A DNA stretch of 38,705 nucleotides from positions 1 through 38,705 of the forward strand of contig JADGOA010000001.1 of the NCBI GenBank assembly GCA_017883215.1, in the 5' to 3' direction. The DNA comes from Thermoanaerobaculia bacterium. GTDB taxonomy: Bacteria > Acidobacteriota > Thermoanaerobaculia > Gp7-AA8. Of this stretch, positions 38,151 to 38,705 are shown piece by piece. Positions within the stretch are counted from its first letter, which is position 1; the number at the start of each line of letters is the position of its first letter. Position numbers and translations under genes: made by a program. A model generated the notes under the pieces. That model was not told the DNA's origin and made no database searches. It saw only the letters and a list, made by a program, of their open reading frames with translations.

Positions 38151-38223
38151 TGTGGCACAGACACTCCTGTCTGTGCTTCTGCAGCGCATTCCGCCCGGCA
38201 CAGACAAGAGTGTCTGTGCCACA
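38151..38223. repeat. Twin-hairpin element I
   Basis: TGTG-GCACAGACA-CTCC-TGTCTGTGC (38151-38176) and G-GCACAGACA-AGAG-TGTCTGTGC-CACA (38197-38223). 26-nt inverted repeat with 1 mismatch. Confidence 0.85.
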
Positions 38224-38247
38224 CGGGCTTCTCCGTTCTGGAAAGGC

Positions 38248-38607
38248 TCATCGCCGCGCGCGCGACGGAGCCGTCGTAACGAAGCGCTTCCGCTCGGCAG
38301 CACACCAGGTGGAAGCGATCCGACGCGCCGTCCAGTGCGGAAGGTTTCGCACGAGATAGATGTGCGTCGCCACCGCGGCGTTGAATGCGAGCACCACGAT
38401 GAGCGAGCTTTCGCGGCTCAGCACCGGGATGCGCGCCGACGTCCAATACAGGAAGAGCCAGTCGACGACGGCAACGAGCAGCAACTGCGAGAGGTCGCGG
38501 AGCAACGCCAGGCGCCGCGCGCGGGTGACGATCGCTCGGGAATGGCAGACGACTTTCGGTTCGCTGCCGGCCACGGTCACGCCAGGAAGAAGATCTCGCT
38601 CTTGCAT
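38248..38607 (-). CDS. Hypothetical small membrane protein (weak call)
   Basis: 119-aa ORF with two hydrophobic helices (LSQLLLVAVVDWLFLYW, SLIVVLAFNAAVATHIYLV). Competing overlapping ORFs exist on both strands. Confidence 0.35.
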   Translation of the reverse strand: MQERDLLPGVTVAGSEPKVVCHSRAIVTRARRLALLRDLSQLLLVAVVDWLFLYWTSARIPVLSRESSLIVVLAFNAAVATHIYLVRNLPHWTARRIASTWCAAERKRFVTTAPSRARR

Positions 38608-38705
38608 CTCGAAAGGTTCGACAGGAGAGCGAACCCGTAAATTCCAAATAACTGATGAGCTCCCTCGGAAGGCGGGGAGGCTGGCTCAGCACTTTCGTCG
38701 TGCTG

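Noticed and set aside
38151-38223. TGGCAC in both arms of element I as a sigma-54 -24 box. Candidate GG/GC pairs in 8371-8468 upstream of the protease were also considered.
   Set aside because: No TTGC-like -12 element sits at the required spacing in either case (checked by eye).
38105-38692. Overlapping ORFs 38105-38692 (-) and 38152-38640 (+) at the window end.
   Set aside because: Arg/Ala-rich composition; they run through the twin-hairpin repeat and show no motifs. Only the 119-aa membrane-like ORF is kept, at low confidence.

Overview
GC-rich bacterial chromosomal core segment. The gene content (mglBA, a TPR-tailed Ser/Thr kinase, a giant sigma-54 activator) suggests an Acidobacteriota-like soil lineage, but that is inference only. 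The window opens with tRNA-Ser(GGA), a small SRP RNA and dnaX-ybaB-recR, which is the classic ffs-dnaX-ybaB-recR synteny. Next on the + strand come mglB-mglA, a yvcK-like gene and glmU. A minus-strand block follows: Ser/Thr kinase, a ~1330-aa sigma-54 enhancer-binding protein, and a dual retropepsin-like lipoprotein. The rest is housekeeping: an inositol monophosphatase-family gene overlapping mpg and yigZ, envelope and membrane proteins, an Slt-type lytic transglycosylase, mobB-gph-serB-like-class V aminotransferase-serA, an aldo/keto reductase, a UvrA-family ATPase, a DUF99 gene and an OPT transporter. I see no transposase, integrase, phage gene, CRISPR array or recognisable defence or toxin module, so I cannot support a claim of a novel protein-encoded system. 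The most unusual signal is non-coding. About a dozen intergenic hairpin elements occur here, most with arms built from tandem 7-nt units. They fall into at least five unrelated sequence families that share one architecture. Several fill the gap from an upstream stop codon to the next start codon almost exactly. Two further elements are twin hairpins, one carrying a compensatory base-pair change. Many long ORFs antisense to recognisable genes are GC-driven artefacts and are not annotated.
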